A DNA stretch of 64,000 nt from Antedon mediterranea. Lineage: Eukaryota > Animalia > Echinodermata. Location of the stretch: contig NC_092670.1 of NCBI RefSeq assembly GCF_964355755.1, positions 39,668,388 to 39,732,387 of the forward strand. The letters run 5' to 3'. Numbering within the stretch: the first letter of the stretch is position 1; every line of letters begins with the position of its first letter. Positions 27,087-40,800 of this stretch are shown here, one piece after another. The notes under the pieces were generated by a model that saw only the letters and a list, made by a program, of their open reading frames with translations, was not told the origin of the DNA and did no database searches. The position numbers and the translations under genes were made by a program.

Positions 27087-30000
27087 TTACATAAATGCTA
27101 AAGAAGTAAAATCTGTTTCTAATAACGATGAAAAAAAATCATCCTGATTCGTCTCTAATAATGCAGTTTCTGGAAAGGTCATTGGATGACCTTCTGGAAA
27201 GGTCATTGGATGACCTTCTGGAAAGATCATTGGATGACCTTCTGATGTGTTCAGAAGAGAGACATTTTTCTTGAGACAGGCATCACCTTGACTGTCGATA
27301 CTGCACTCTGAGGGCGTGTCCGTTTCTAGCCGAGAGAGAGTTTCTGTAGTACCACTTAAGTCGGAAGAACTACTTATTCCTGATTCAACACTTGGGTTAG
27401 GAGATGGAACAATTGAGTCTATATTAGATTTCTTTGAGAATCCATTATATAACTTTACATTGTCTTCTACATTGTGACCGTAAGACGGAAACATTGTTTT
27501 ATGTCGCACGTTGAACTGTCGTGCTCTCCTACGCAAGGGTTGCGTTCCAGACACGCGTCCTACAGCTTCCGTTCGGTTCAAATTCCTGTTTTTCGTACAC
27601 GCTTGTGATAAAAGACGATCTGGAATTGTTGCCATTACAACTGAAACTGCATCGTTTTTCTTATCAGTTAGTTTCATTTTTTTTCTATTACTACTACTCG
27701 GTTTGTTGGATTTTGATTTTGCTTTAGTGTTACGAATGTTTGAGGTATTAAGTGCTATATTATCCTTCACACAAGTATTAAGGTATTTATCAAGAAGCAC
27801 ATTATCCGTAATTGAATTCCTATTTGTAAGCGATATGTCCTTGTTCTTTTGTTTACTCTCTTGAAATCCTAAGAACTTTGTTTTATTCATTGAGTGCGTA
27901 CTTGGCGTATGCAATACGATTGGCGGTGCTGGCTTAGGCAGGTCTGTTAGCCTGCAACTTTGATTACTAGGGGCAGCCAGTGGTGTTAGCAGAGGCAAGT
28001 CTTCCGATCCTTTCATTTCAGTCTTTGAACCTTGGGATGTGGTTAGCATGGAAACTGTTGTCGGCTTAGATATATTTTGAAAATTTGAGTTTGGAAAGTC
28101 TAACAAAATATGTTGGGTGGGACATGCGCCCATATTTTCCAGACATGAAGATGATTGCTTTACCGCTCCCTGATTGGAGGATGGGTGATTTACCGCTCCC
28201 TGATTGGAGGATGGGTGATTTACCGCTCCCTGATTGGATGATGGCTGCCTTACCGCTCCCTGATTGGATGATGGCTGCCTTACAGTTTCATTAGCGAGTT
28301 TGATTGATTTAGATAAAACAGTAGAATGCATTAAACTGTTGACATAATCCGCTTGCTTGAAGCAGTTGATACACTGTTTATGTTGTCGTTCTAATACTAT
28401 CATATGGATTTGGTTAGCTGGGATGTTTGGCACAGCTCTGCTCCACTTGCATTCACTTAACTTTAAGTCATCACACTCCATCCATACATCCTCTAGAAAA
28501 TACAAACATAAAAAGTTATTTCATGATGGCAAATTTGTAATGGCATTCCGCACTTTAAATAAATAATTTCACATTCTCTAAAGCTCTGTCTACACTATCA
28601 AACTAGTTTGACAAAAAAGTGTAATGTGCCCAAATATGGTAGTGATATGTCCAAATATGGCAGTGATATTGGCGGAGCTTAAATTAAAATTACAGTCACC
28701 ATCATAAAATTAAGGATGAATAACTGCGGGTGGCATATAACATTTCTATTTTTGATCATTGAATTATGAAGGTAGCTTGTTCTGTTAACCTTAGCTTGAG
28801 GATGTTTGACCTATGACATTTCACATGCACAGGGTACTCCCTTTTGATGAAATTTGATGAAAAAATACAGTGACAATCAATGCAATTACAAATAAAAGGT
28901 AGAATACAAGTTGAAAAGTACAAACAATCAACTGCACAAATTAAAAGACGTTGAAACTCGGAATAAATTTCTTACCTTGTACCTCTTTGATCCACACCAC
29001 AAAATGTTTAGGAGAGGGCTTATACTGCACAACTGCTGTGAGTTTATACACACATCCATCAATGTACATTTGTAACTGATCCAGATTATTATGAGGAAGA
29101 CCATCAACAAATTGCATAATTAAACACTGTGATAACCTGTAAGAGGAAATAAATATTAAGTATAACATAATGAAATGAAAAAGAATGTAACTTAGATATC
29201 ATAAAGCTCTGTCTACACTATAAAACTTTATGTGACAACAAAATGTGATGCGAGTTTTAGACTTACTTGTGATATATTAGCCGACATTGCTGTTTGGTCG
29301 CTTTACATTTAGGACAAGTCATCATCATTACTGGACGGTTAACATCAAATCCGCTTGGTAGATTTTGAAAACTTATACAGGATTTCTGAAAACTAAAGGA
29401 AAGGAAAGGATCAGATAAAATAATATAAAATAAAGATTTTTTTTACTTTTATTTAAAATTTGGTTTATTTTCATCAAAAATTCAGATCAATAAAATTACA
29501 ATAAATTATATTTACCTGGTTATTTGAATGTGTCCACAGAGGGCGCAATTGAATTCCAGGTGATAACGTGCTAAAAAATGCTCAGCGAACGATTTACTTT
29601 TATCGAGTAACGCAAGCAGGGCAAACAATGGGCCATCCTCGCTTCCAACATCACAATTCAATCTAGGTTGCAACTCTTCAAATAATTTGTTCCTTATATC
29701 ATTTAAAATGTCCACTGCTTCTTTCAACTTCACAAGCTTCGGATCTAACAAGCAAGTGGGTTTTGAATCGTTGCAAAGTCCATCCAAAAAGTTATCAAGA
29801 TTATTTATATCGTCCATATTTGTAAGGTTTCTATTGTCATCTATTAACTTTCTGCAATAAACACTCATTGCTTTGTTATACTTCACAACAAGTTCTTTTA
29901 TGATACAGTTAGTATTCACTTTGTTGATGCATTCACGCAGGCTTTTTAAGTTGACAAGAAGACTCATAGTTACATCAAGCCAACATAGTGAATCTCTATT

Positions 30001-30480
30001 GCTCCATTGTAACATTGGTTGCTCTAGATTGGGTTGACAATAATCAAATTTGATTGGTGGTTGTAATGTTGACTTCTCTTCAAGCGGTGTACTTGTTGAA
30101 AGACGGGCATTTTGATGATATGAACACTGAAACAGAGCAAAGTAGCTGAATTAAAACAATGAAACTTTCTAAAAAATAAAAGCAATATTCAATCTTATTA
30201 AGAATTAAAACAATGAAACTTTCTAAAAAATAAAAGCACTATTCAATCCTATTAAGAAAATATAAAAAAAGTGTGTTTAATGTATCTAATCTATCTATAT
30301 TCTTATCCATTTTAGTCTTTTGGTTTAAAATCGAAATAAAAATCAAAATTGTTAGGGATGCTGTACCTGTTTTCGAGAACAACAACAAACAACTTCATGA
30401 AGATTTAAATAATAAGATGTCAATGGTGTTGTTTCTCCGTCTTCTTTACATCTCGGACAGGTTCCTAGATCAGCTTCCAT
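27087..30480 (-). CDS. USPL1: SUMO-specific isopeptidase USPL1 homolog (~805 aa)
   Basis: Exons 30367-30480 (CPRC..., Cys-rich N-terminal motif), 29516-30126 (QWSNRDSLCWLD, catalytic Cys), 29267-29392, 28976-29136 (FVDGLP..HFVVWI, catalytic His), 27087-28492 (WMECDDLK, IHMIVLER, long low-complexity tail). Total 2418 nt in frame. Probable non-coding exon donor at 30992. Confidence 0.9.
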
Positions 30481-30992
30481 AATTCTATTAAAAAATAATA
30501 AGTTACTATTAATTAGCTATATAGCTCCATGCTCAGACAAGGCTTTGCACTGCAGCACTACCTAGGCCATAATAGAATTGTTTTAAGTTAGTTAAGTAGG
30601 AAAAGGACCTCCTACTGTAGTTAATTTCCCTCCTCGTGGAAGATTCAGGAGGAAACAAACCAAGTAGACATCCTACACTACCTTAGGTCTACCTAGCCAG
30701 GCTATTATTATATTAGAAACAAGTTAATATCATCATAAACATGTTGTGCTTGTCGGAAAGCTAGGCCGAGTCTAGTCACCACGCTATGCCTACGTCCTCC
30801 GCTCTAGCCTAGGCCTTAGCTCTCGGCCAGTGTAAAGGACAGCATGTGTTGGCCTCCTTCGATCATCATAGCCTAGGCCTAGAGGTTTAGTAAAATTTAC
30901 TAATTTCTCGCCAATTTTATCAAGTACTCTTAAGATAAAGTTGAACTAGTATTTGTTATAGATTTAAAATTACGATAAAAATTTAACTTTAC

Positions 30993-31795
30993 CTCTTTAA
31001 AATCCGGAAAAACCATTGTAAATGTTCCTACACTACCACCACGACACACCGCACCGGTTTTTCGCCCTCGCGTAAACAAAACGTTTGGTGCTGGTTGGTT
31101 GGCTATATGAACGGTGGCAGGGAATTCAGCATGTGAATCTCGCCGTGTAAATAAAGGTCACCACAGCATATAATTATAACTTGTACAAGTAATGAAATTT
31201 TAGCCCAATATATAAAATAAATCATTTTGTTTAATTAAACAGTCTAATTGAAAAAAATGAATTAACCCAACTCATCGTACCACGTTTAAATATAATAGGC
31301 CAACGTGTTTCCCTCCTGCATACCATTTCATTATTCTGATAGCCTAGACAAATAAAAATACTAAAATGATAGTGAATTAAATTTATAGTGCCTAGAGCTT
31401 GTGTGATTTCGTCAGCCTTCCTACGGTGTATGGGGCTACAGTATTTGTATGGGATAGGCCTATAAAAACGGAAAAAAAACTTCAGCCAATCAGGAAGAGG
31501 TTGAGTCATAAGTTTTCCCACCACCCAATGAAAATTTCGCGCCAAGATTATCTAGTGTGCGCGTGCTGCTGTGCATGACGTATATGCAGTGTGTGTCGTG
31601 TCGACGGTGATGGTTGGTGGTTGTGGGGAAGATAAATAAGGTTTCGTTAGCCTAGTGGACGGGAACCGAATTGTTTTCACTTCATTTATTAATGAAAATA
31701 GCAAATAGAAGTGGAAAGGATTATGAATGTTTGAAAGAAAGGCGCGCGTTTGATAGATATCGCGGTCACACAGCAGCGGGATTGAGGTGGTGAGT
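30993..31795. promoter_or_regulatory. Probable CpG-richer bidirectional promoter region (USPL1 on -, unknown transcript on +)
   Basis: Non-coding exon donor on - at 30992, CCAAT box AGCCAATCAG at ~31483, TGACGT at ~31576, strong + donor GTG|GTGAGT at 31790. Confidence 0.45.
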
Positions 31796-32446
31796 AACTA
31801 GGCCTAGCTAGGCTAGGCCGCCTGTAGAGCATAGCATAGGCCCTAGGCCTACTAAGTGAGGTAAGTTGCGTACTGGTAGGTAGTACATGTCATTCTACCC
31901 TACTATAGATTATTAGCAAAAGGAGATAGGCTAAGTCGTGTAGCCTGAATCAGTATCATATAGAGTGACAAAAAAATAAGGTAGTATATTAAAATAGAGT
32001 ACTGTAGGCATAGTAGAAAGGCATTCACATTTTGAAAAAGAAATATTTAATCATCGATTTATTAATGTAATATTAAACCTAGGCCTAGGCCTATATATAA
32101 AATTAGATAGTAGCTACTACCAGATTGTACGCTGTGTAGGCCATATTGAATCATAATAAAAAAAAATCCATAATTTAAAATGTTAAAGCATGACATCCAA
32201 CTGATTTTAATAAACTAAAGTCACGTTATTCATGAATCATGGGTGTACAATACAATAAATATCCTGCTTACTCAACCATTTCATAGCACAATTTTATTTT
32301 AAATAAGGTAGGACGGATTTGTAATGCAAGCAAGGGTGAATATCTACACTTTGATTGAGACACCTTTTAGATGCCAGAAATAGGTACACTATTGCAATGT
32401 TAGTGGAATTAGTTCTTTTCAGACATATCATGTGATATAGCTGTAA

Positions 32447-32532
32447 CTGATCACATGATCATTTTGAGTTGACCACATGATCATTTGAGCTGATCACATG
32501 ATCATTTGAGCTGATCACATGATCATTTGAGT
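32447..32532. repeat. 21-bp tandem repeat of palindromic TGATCA/CACATG units
   Basis: TGATCACATGATCATTTGAGC about 4 times. Confidence 0.8.
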
Positions 32533-33451
32533 TGTATACATTATACCAATAAAACAATTCAACACATTTAAAAGATATTATTTGTACTCCCATGGTTAAT
32601 TATTTTTTCTACAATGCTATTGCATTAAAAGTAAAGATACAGCACCTATTGCATAGACTTACTTTATAGACTGTAGATAAGCGTTAAAAAAATATCTTTT
32701 AGACAATAATAACAAAACTACAAATATATTAGGGTTATAAAATTATTATAAAAATAGTATTCTAAAGACAGACAAAAAATATTAAAGAGTTGCAATGACA
32801 GAAACATAGAGCTTCACTAATTGCAGGTGATAAATATCAACAGTTTAACTGATTTACTCAATTTTATGACCTAAGCTGTGGACCCAATTTCAATTCTAGG
32901 TCTAGGTTGAATTCTGGATTCACAAAAACGCACATTTCCAACCTTTGGTCATCACAAAAAGTGTGAAAAGCTCCCTCTATAATTATCTGATCTGTATTCA
33001 TCTCGTTTGTACATTGATTGAACGCTCCTTATGACGTGCATGTCATGCATCAATGCTCTTACATGGTACAGTAGTACCTTTATTTTATATATTTCATATC
33101 TTGTAGATACAAAAATAAAGACAAAACAGGAATCCTATGTAAGCATACTGAAATACATTAAAACAAAATGTATTAGACGAAAAGTCAGAAAAAGCAGTGA
33201 TGTGTTGAATAAAACACACAAGACATCATTTTTAGATTTTAGTATAAAATTAATTTAAACTATCACTTTTTTTACCTAGGTGCAAGAACCAATCCTGCTC
33301 CTTTTTTATTTTAATATTTTCTTTTCTGTACACAAATTTAGACCAAAAATATAGCAGTATATTTCACTTAAAAATTTAAACAGTTTTTATTTTCAGTTTA
33401 AATTATCAATTACTACTTAGCTGCCATAATTGCATAATTCTGTAACTTAGT

Positions 33452-33752
33452 AAATTAGTGCTGACTTGTGAACGTTGACTTTTGACATCAACAATATCCA
33501 GTGGCTGTATTCACACTTAGTGTCCAAGATATTTCACTTAAGTTTGAAAAATAATTTACAAATTGGTGCTGTGACTTGTGAATGTTAACTTTTGACATCA
33601 ACAATATCCAGTGGCTGTATTCACACTTAAGATTTTGAAAAATGATTTACAAATTGGTGCTGTGATTTGTGAATGTTAACTTTTGACATCAACAAAATAT
33701 CCAGTGGCTGTATTCAACAATCATACTTAGGTGTTCAGATATTTCTCTTAAG
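33452..33752. repeat. Imperfect ~95-110 bp triplication in the putative Sulf 3' UTR
   Basis: ACTTTTGACATCAACAATATCCAGTGGCTGTATTCA occurs three times. Confidence 0.8.
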
Positions 33753-34373
33753 TTAATAAGTGATAGTCAATTAGATAAGAGACTTTTTAAGAGTATTTTT
33801 CCTTAGTGTGTGCAAATGGTGAATATGGCCACTAGAGATGGGTAAAAATAGGTGTGGTATTCGTGTTCAAAACTGCTCTAGAATAGATAAACAAGATCTA
33901 TTTAAGTTCTGAAGACTTCTACTTAGAGCCATATATTTCTACACTAGCAGAGCCTATATAAAGAGTTGAAAGTCATTTAGTGCCAAGCAAACTACTATTT
34001 GACAATATTAAGCTCTGTCTACACTATCAAAACTTTATATAACAAAAAAATGTGCCCATATGGACATGATGATGTCATATCACTACCACAATTGGGCACA
34101 TCACTTGTTAAAATAGTTTGATAGTGTAGACAGAGCCTTTAGAGTAATTTTTGTTGTTGTTTATCATCATCTTATGTACTGTAATACACACATTATGAGA
34201 TTCACAGAACTTTCTATAATATGGTTCTGATTACCATGATTCACACTCATTTTCTATCTATTACCAAACCACTAATAATCTATCAAAACATAGCCTATTC
34301 TTAGTTTTTGCCTTCTAATTCAAGTGAGTGCATCGTTGTCATCTGAGCTTTCTAATCTGAACATTGTTATTGC

Positions 34374-37300
34374 CTAAATGGTAGCACCATCATCTACCGA
34401 ATCATAGAAACCTGCAGGGAGAAAAAGAAAGTTTCAAGATTTAGTAATTTAATATCAGCAAATGAAAAATGAACGAGTCCCGTCCCTTCCCTCTCGTCAT
34501 TAGTTCTCAAATTCTCTCACTCTCGGATCCATAAAAGAAGTTTCACCAAACTATTTAATTCCATAAATAAGCCCATTTTGTCTAAGCAAAAATGATATCA
34601 TTTCACAATATACTTTTAGTCTTTAGTCTACATTTATGCTATTTATAGTACATACTTCATTACAATTGTTGTCAAGATCCTTTTCTTTGTTTTTGCTTTT
34701 TATTGGTTGCTGTGTAAATAAAAGAGAAGGAAATTTAAATTTCAGGTTTTAAGTAAACGTAACAATAACTAGATGTGTACTATGCATGGACAAACACTAC
34801 AGTATGTGATTCTTGTCAGAGCGTAATGTGACAGAGTATTAAAAAAATGTGTTCATTAGGTCTACCTTTTTGTTTTTTATTATAATTTAACGATTTTGTA
34901 GTACAATCTTTACTTCCTACACATGCCTTCATATCTGCCAGCTGTTCATGAAGCTGCCGCCTTATACCAGTGTCTAATGAATGTGCTAAATTAGTGGTCT
35001 GAAAAATAAGCACAAAAAATGTCAATAAATATCATTGAAATCAAATAAATATTAAGGATGAATAGCAGGCCTGATGAATGGAATAACATTTATTTTAATT
35101 AGTTGATGAAAAAATTCAAAGAGACTTACCTGGTGTGGGTCTGTTCGATGGTTAAAAAACTCCACAAACTTTGTAATGAATTCACAGTAAAGAAAATCAT
35201 GTGTTTTATTTATAGTCCTTAAGCACCAGTAAGTGTTGTTATTGGACTGAGTGCAGCCACAGATCATCTCATCTTTAGAGAAATATATAAAACATACATT
35301 TTAAAAGATTTGTTGGTACTAAATACAGAAAGTATAGTTGTAAAATGGTTTTCAAATAAAGATGAATAAAAGATTTCTTTGAAAATTTTAAAACAAGCTT
35401 TGTATAATAATAAGACTCAAACTGGTTCATAGAACAGTTTCAGCGATACTTAACTTCAAGAAATACTAAGTACACCCCATATAACAATGATTTACTTTGT
35501 AAAAAATCATACCTGTCCAATATGGCGGAGTCCTCCAGTGATCTCGGTCATGTTGCCAGCAGTTCATATTTGGTTTGTTGCAGACTAACTCTTTTCTTCC
35601 TTTTCTTCCTCGCCTTTTAGATCTGCTGGTTTCAACAGACTTCGACTCTCTGTATATTAAAGGTTGTATATTTATTAAGATGTGCAAAAACAGCCATGGC
35701 ATATTTGTTCTTAATATATTTTATCCTTTTGAAAGAGAGGCTGATTAAATGAAACATGGAGAAGAACAGTAGATCATAAATGGAATGTATTAACCAGACA
35801 TGGAACTGCCTAGGATGACTTGACCAAAACAGATGGAACTGCCCAGAACAGAGGGAACTGACCAGAATAGAGGAAACTGACCAGAACAGAGGAAACTGAC
35901 CAGACCAGAGGAAACTGACCAGACCAGAGGAAACTGACCAGAACATAGGGAACTGACAGTCAGCTATGGATCCTCTATCTACTGTAAAGCATAAAGAGGA
36001 TAAGAAAGTAAGATTTCAAATCCCTACCTTTCTTGGGTTTTTTGGTTTTTCTTGCGTTTTGATGTCTGTCTCTCTTCTGCATATCTGAGAAAAAAAAGTG
36101 AATTCTAATTATAAACTAAATGTTTGTATACTCGTCATGGAGTAATATTAATCTTAATATATTTATAGAATAATAATCTGAATATTGAATCTTGTCAGTC
36201 ACTCTATTATGTTACACTGTCATATTTATATTGTCAAATTAATTATAAAATTCAGTTGAAACTACAGCTTACATATTTTCTGTTTTATCATTTTCTTTAG
36301 GACAAACACATAGTTTTTCTTTCTTTATAACTTTTGCATCTTTCAGTGAGTTTTTGATAACTCTTAAATATTTTAATTGTGTTTGCACGCTATCAATCTG
36401 TCGCTGGAGAAAAGCTTTGTGCTCCTGTATTGACTTTCTGGAGGAGAATACCTAAAAAAAGATCAAATAGAAACAATTTGAACTAGATTTAATTCGTCAC
36501 TATGACGAATTATAGGTTATATGCATTGATTTAAATAAAGATAATTGATTTTTAAAAGATATATTGATTGATTGATTTTCTCAGAATCTTTAATTATTTA
36601 TAATATATGATAGGACCTTGCTAACGCGAACACCATAGCCGGTATCACAATCCGATCAAAGATCCAAATGCGTATAATGTCATAAACCACATTTGTTGTT
36701 ACATAATAATAAAGACATAAGTTAATTTTTATCTAGATTTCATTATAAACCATGTGTATAATCTATACACTAAGAAATAAATTTGAACAAACAATACGGA
36801 TAATAAAAAAAAATCTTATTTCGTTTCCCAAGGTGAGACTCGATCTCGGTACCTTGAATGCCATAGACACGAGCACAGACCATCGAGCCATACACAACTG
36901 ACTAAAAGTTGTAGAAAAATTCCTCCGTGTATTTACTATGCAGTAACCACTTTGGTGCAAATAGATTATTACATACCGAAATGAATTATAATTTTTTACT
37001 ATGATGACATCTTTAAAATGTAAACAAATGATGCACTGTTAAACTACATACTTTTAACTTTAATATATGAACATTTGAAGGAAGAAAGTTAATGTTAAGT
37101 TTGTTATTTTGGCCTAAGAAAATGTCATAATTTGTTTGATTGTCGAAATTATTTTTTTTTAAATTTAATATGCAATTAATGACTTCTTAATCAACTTTTG
37201 TTCTCTTAATTTGATAATAAATCATACATATGATACATACACTTCAAGAAAATGAAATAAAAAATAGGTGTTCCCCTGCATTCTGACGATATATATTAAT

Positions 37301-37847
37301 TTTAATATTTAGCATATTTTCACCATTTTGTTAACTTATACGTGCGTAGCCAGTCACTTTTGACGTGCTCGTATAACGCAATTTCGAGTTGAAACCTGAA
37401 TCAAATATGATGATATTATTAAAGAAAGATTGTAAAACAGAAATCGGGCAAAAAATCTGCGCACTCATGGCAATTTTTTAAACGCTTAAAATTGCCTGAA
37501 ACGTACTCTAATTTCATCGAAAATAAATTTTGACAATTTTGAACATTTTAAGCGCGCGTACGCAAGCGTTATATGCGCTACGCACGTAATTTTATTGCCA
37601 TATGATGAAATATGACCTAAAATTTATGAGTACCAAATTTTGTTTAATTGTGATTCATGCTTGTGAAGATATGATTACAAACGTGATTTCGTAAAATCGC
37701 GCGTAGACCGCGTAATTGTTGATTACGCATCGTGAAAATATAACCACATCGATTCCTGGCCATAAGGAATGTACTCTGAAAACTTGACTTAGCTAGATTA
37801 AACTGATGCCAAGATAATGCACGGACAAAATAGTGCTAAGGAAAGAA

Positions 37848-37878
<31 letters not shown>

Positions 37879-40800
37879 AGAAAGATTTTGACAGAATCAA
37901 GAGGTTATATGCATATCATGCATATAACCTAATAACTTCTGATGATGTATCATAATACAGTCAACTCTCCTAATACCGGACTCTGAAAACCGGAAACTCT
38001 CCCAAGACTTTTCTTGGGGTCCAAAAAGATACCAAATTCTTCTTTATCATTAAAAACATATTGTGAATACCATACTTTCCAGAAAACAAGACATATTTGG
38101 CCAGCCCAAAGGTGTCTGGTATTGGGAGAGTTTGATATTTATGATAAATGGAACCTAGAACCCCCTAGATTGTTAGTGTTATGCTCTCTATCATATTGTA
38201 TTTACTGGTGCCACCAATTCTTAATAAAACATCTAGCTTCACTAGTAGTATAAATTGTAATTTTTACATTCAACTTCACTTACATCTGAAATGCAATAAA
38301 CTGTAGAATTGGGAAAAACTTGGCATTTAGGATCAACAACTACATGATTAAGAAGTGCGCTATCAGCTTGGTAAATATTGGAGTCATCATTTACAAGAGC
38401 GACTGTTCCTAAGGTTGGTGTTTCTATTGATGGTTCTTCGCCCTCTATGAATGGTCCAAGTTTTATGTTCTCTGAAAGGAGATAAAAAGTTAAAACGAAA
38501 TTACAGTACCAGGGCCGTAGCCAGCAAGAGGCAATTTTCACTACCCACCCCAATTTCCCAGCAGAGATCGGCATATTTTATATTAATAATTAAATCCAAA
38601 GGCAAATTACTGAAAAAAATGACAATGCTGTGGGTATCAGTGGCTGGATCTCAATGGAGATACAAAAAAAAAAGCGAAAAGTTAAATCAAAACGATAAAC
38701 AGCCAGAAAAGTTAGCAGAGCTTTCGGGCAACACTAGCCCTTCATCAGGGCAACACTAGCCCTTCATCAGGGCAACACTAGCCCTTCATCAGTGCAACAC
38801 TAGCCCTTCATCAGTGCAACACTAGCCCTTCATCAGTGCAACACTAGCCCTTCATCAGTGCAACACTAGCCCTTCATCAGTGCAACACTAGCCCTTCATC
38901 AGTGCAACACTAGCCCTTCATCAGTGCAACACTAGCCCTTCATCAGTGCAACACTAGCCCTTCATCAGTGCAACACTAGCCCTTCATCAGTGCAACACTA
39001 GCCCTTCATCAGTGCAACACTAGCCCTTCATCAGTGCAAGTGAGGGAATTTGGATAAAGTCATAAGAGTTGGCAAGTGCTGCCTGGGTGGACAGGAATAA
39101 AAGAAATATAACAATAGAAACAGCGTGTTGAATAGTGGGTGGAGACTGAATAAGAGTAGAAAACAAAGAAGGTAGCTTGGTAGAGATATAAACAAATTTA
39201 GAATGAAACTAAAAAAAGCTAAAATGGTGGTTAATATTGAAACTTAAATTTTGGTAGTCAATGGAATAATTTTACCGATCTGGGAGTATGTTCCTAATGT
39301 TAAGTCCAAAAGGTTTTGTGGTTTTAAGTAGTAATTCCAAGTGGTTTTCTTTGTCTTTGCGAGTTTTGTCGCTCCATTTGACATCGTGGTTTATTGCAAT
39401 AACTCTGAAATTTGCAATCGAGTGACCAGCTGAATTAAAATGTTCGGCTACAGGTTGATCCAGCTTTTTATTAATAATTAATATATATGTATCTTTGCCT
39501 CTCTGTTTTTAACCTCTCGCTACAGCCTTGAGTAAAGTACTCCAAAAGTTGATCAACAGATCAATGTGAATAATAAGATTTATGTTTGTAAAAAATGAAC
39601 CATAAAACAATATACTGTACAAAGTTAACTAAGATGTAGAAAGATTTATATTTATGATTCAGGTTCTTCATAAACAAAACATGTACATTACAAAATAGTA
39701 CGACATGCATAGAAAGAAGAATTTAAAAAAAATGTTGTTTTTTTTTGCATGAAACCATTGACTTTTTGATTTAGGTTCTTCATAAGCAAAACATTTACAA
39801 TGGCTTAATTAGTATACACATACGTGCTTGAAAAGAAGAATTAAGCACACACAAAAACTGATGACTAATATACATCAAAGTTTGAAGCCAAAATAGAATC
39901 AAATTGTTCACAAACAACGAAGAATAATCATAATTATTCACCGTGTGTCTGAAAATGTTCAGACTGTAGTCTGCTTGATGGAATAATATTAGTCATTACT
40001 TAATAACTAACTTCTGCACTTAAAATTGGCCTTAAGTACTCAGGCAGGTGTGTGTGTAGCAAGTGAGGGAGTATTTTAGATGAACTTGCTGTAGGAAGAG
40101 AAGGTGAATGAACTGCTGTTTTGAAGTGTAACTTTTCAAAAATAATAAAATGATAACGATCTAATAGAAATAAAGTATACATTAAAATTTGCACAAAAAT
40201 GCAAAATGTATTACATAGTTATATTTTAAACAAATAAATAAGTGAACAAAACACTTTGAATAGGCCATGTTTTAATAAAGTTTACTTTTGCGTATTATAT
40301 CTATCTTCTTCATTCTTTTACATTTACCTTTATTTACATGTTGTTTTAAAAATGTTCTTTGTTGCTTCTTCTCCTCTTTATTCATTCGACCTTTTTTCTT
40401 TTCATTAGGACAGACACATTTTTTATTATTTTCATTTGTTGGCGGCAGTTCCCTTTTTCTACATTTTCTAATTTGATATGATCCATCTGCTAGTAAAATA
40501 CATTCTTTTGCCTGCAGAATTAAAATAAACAGTAAGATAAGTCTTGAACCCAACGATGTTGCAAGCCAGCCGGCCTGAAATGGAAGATCTGTGCATATTT
40601 GACTATAGAGAATAAATTAGGTTGAAGTTTGTCGGGATAACATTTTTTTTAATAAGTAGAGCAGATCTAGTTCTAGCAGTTGCAGTCATATGGTTAGAAA
40701 GGTATTCGGAGCCCTAGATTCTAGCAGGAGAATGTAAGTATAAAGTAACCTGTTTTGGCTTGCAAGGTGGTTGGTATTCAGGTTTTTCACACTCCTCTCT

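Larger units (their letters stand above)
38591..39480 (-). mobile_element. Penelope-like element 3' fragment: GIY-YIG endonuclease C-terminus plus pseudo-LTR with hammerhead
   Basis: 39272-39478 (-) translates to [29 protein letters not shown]...[18 protein letters not shown] (the HF..GH/E/GLN tail of PLE GIY-YIG). It is followed by a repeat shared with 5793-5925 and 59509-60170. Confidence 0.82.

Noticed and set aside
38728-39039. CRISPR-like appearance of short regular repeats (also 52755-53126, 59532-60063)
   Set aside because: Head-to-tail units with no unique spacers, no cas genes, and a eukaryotic intron context.
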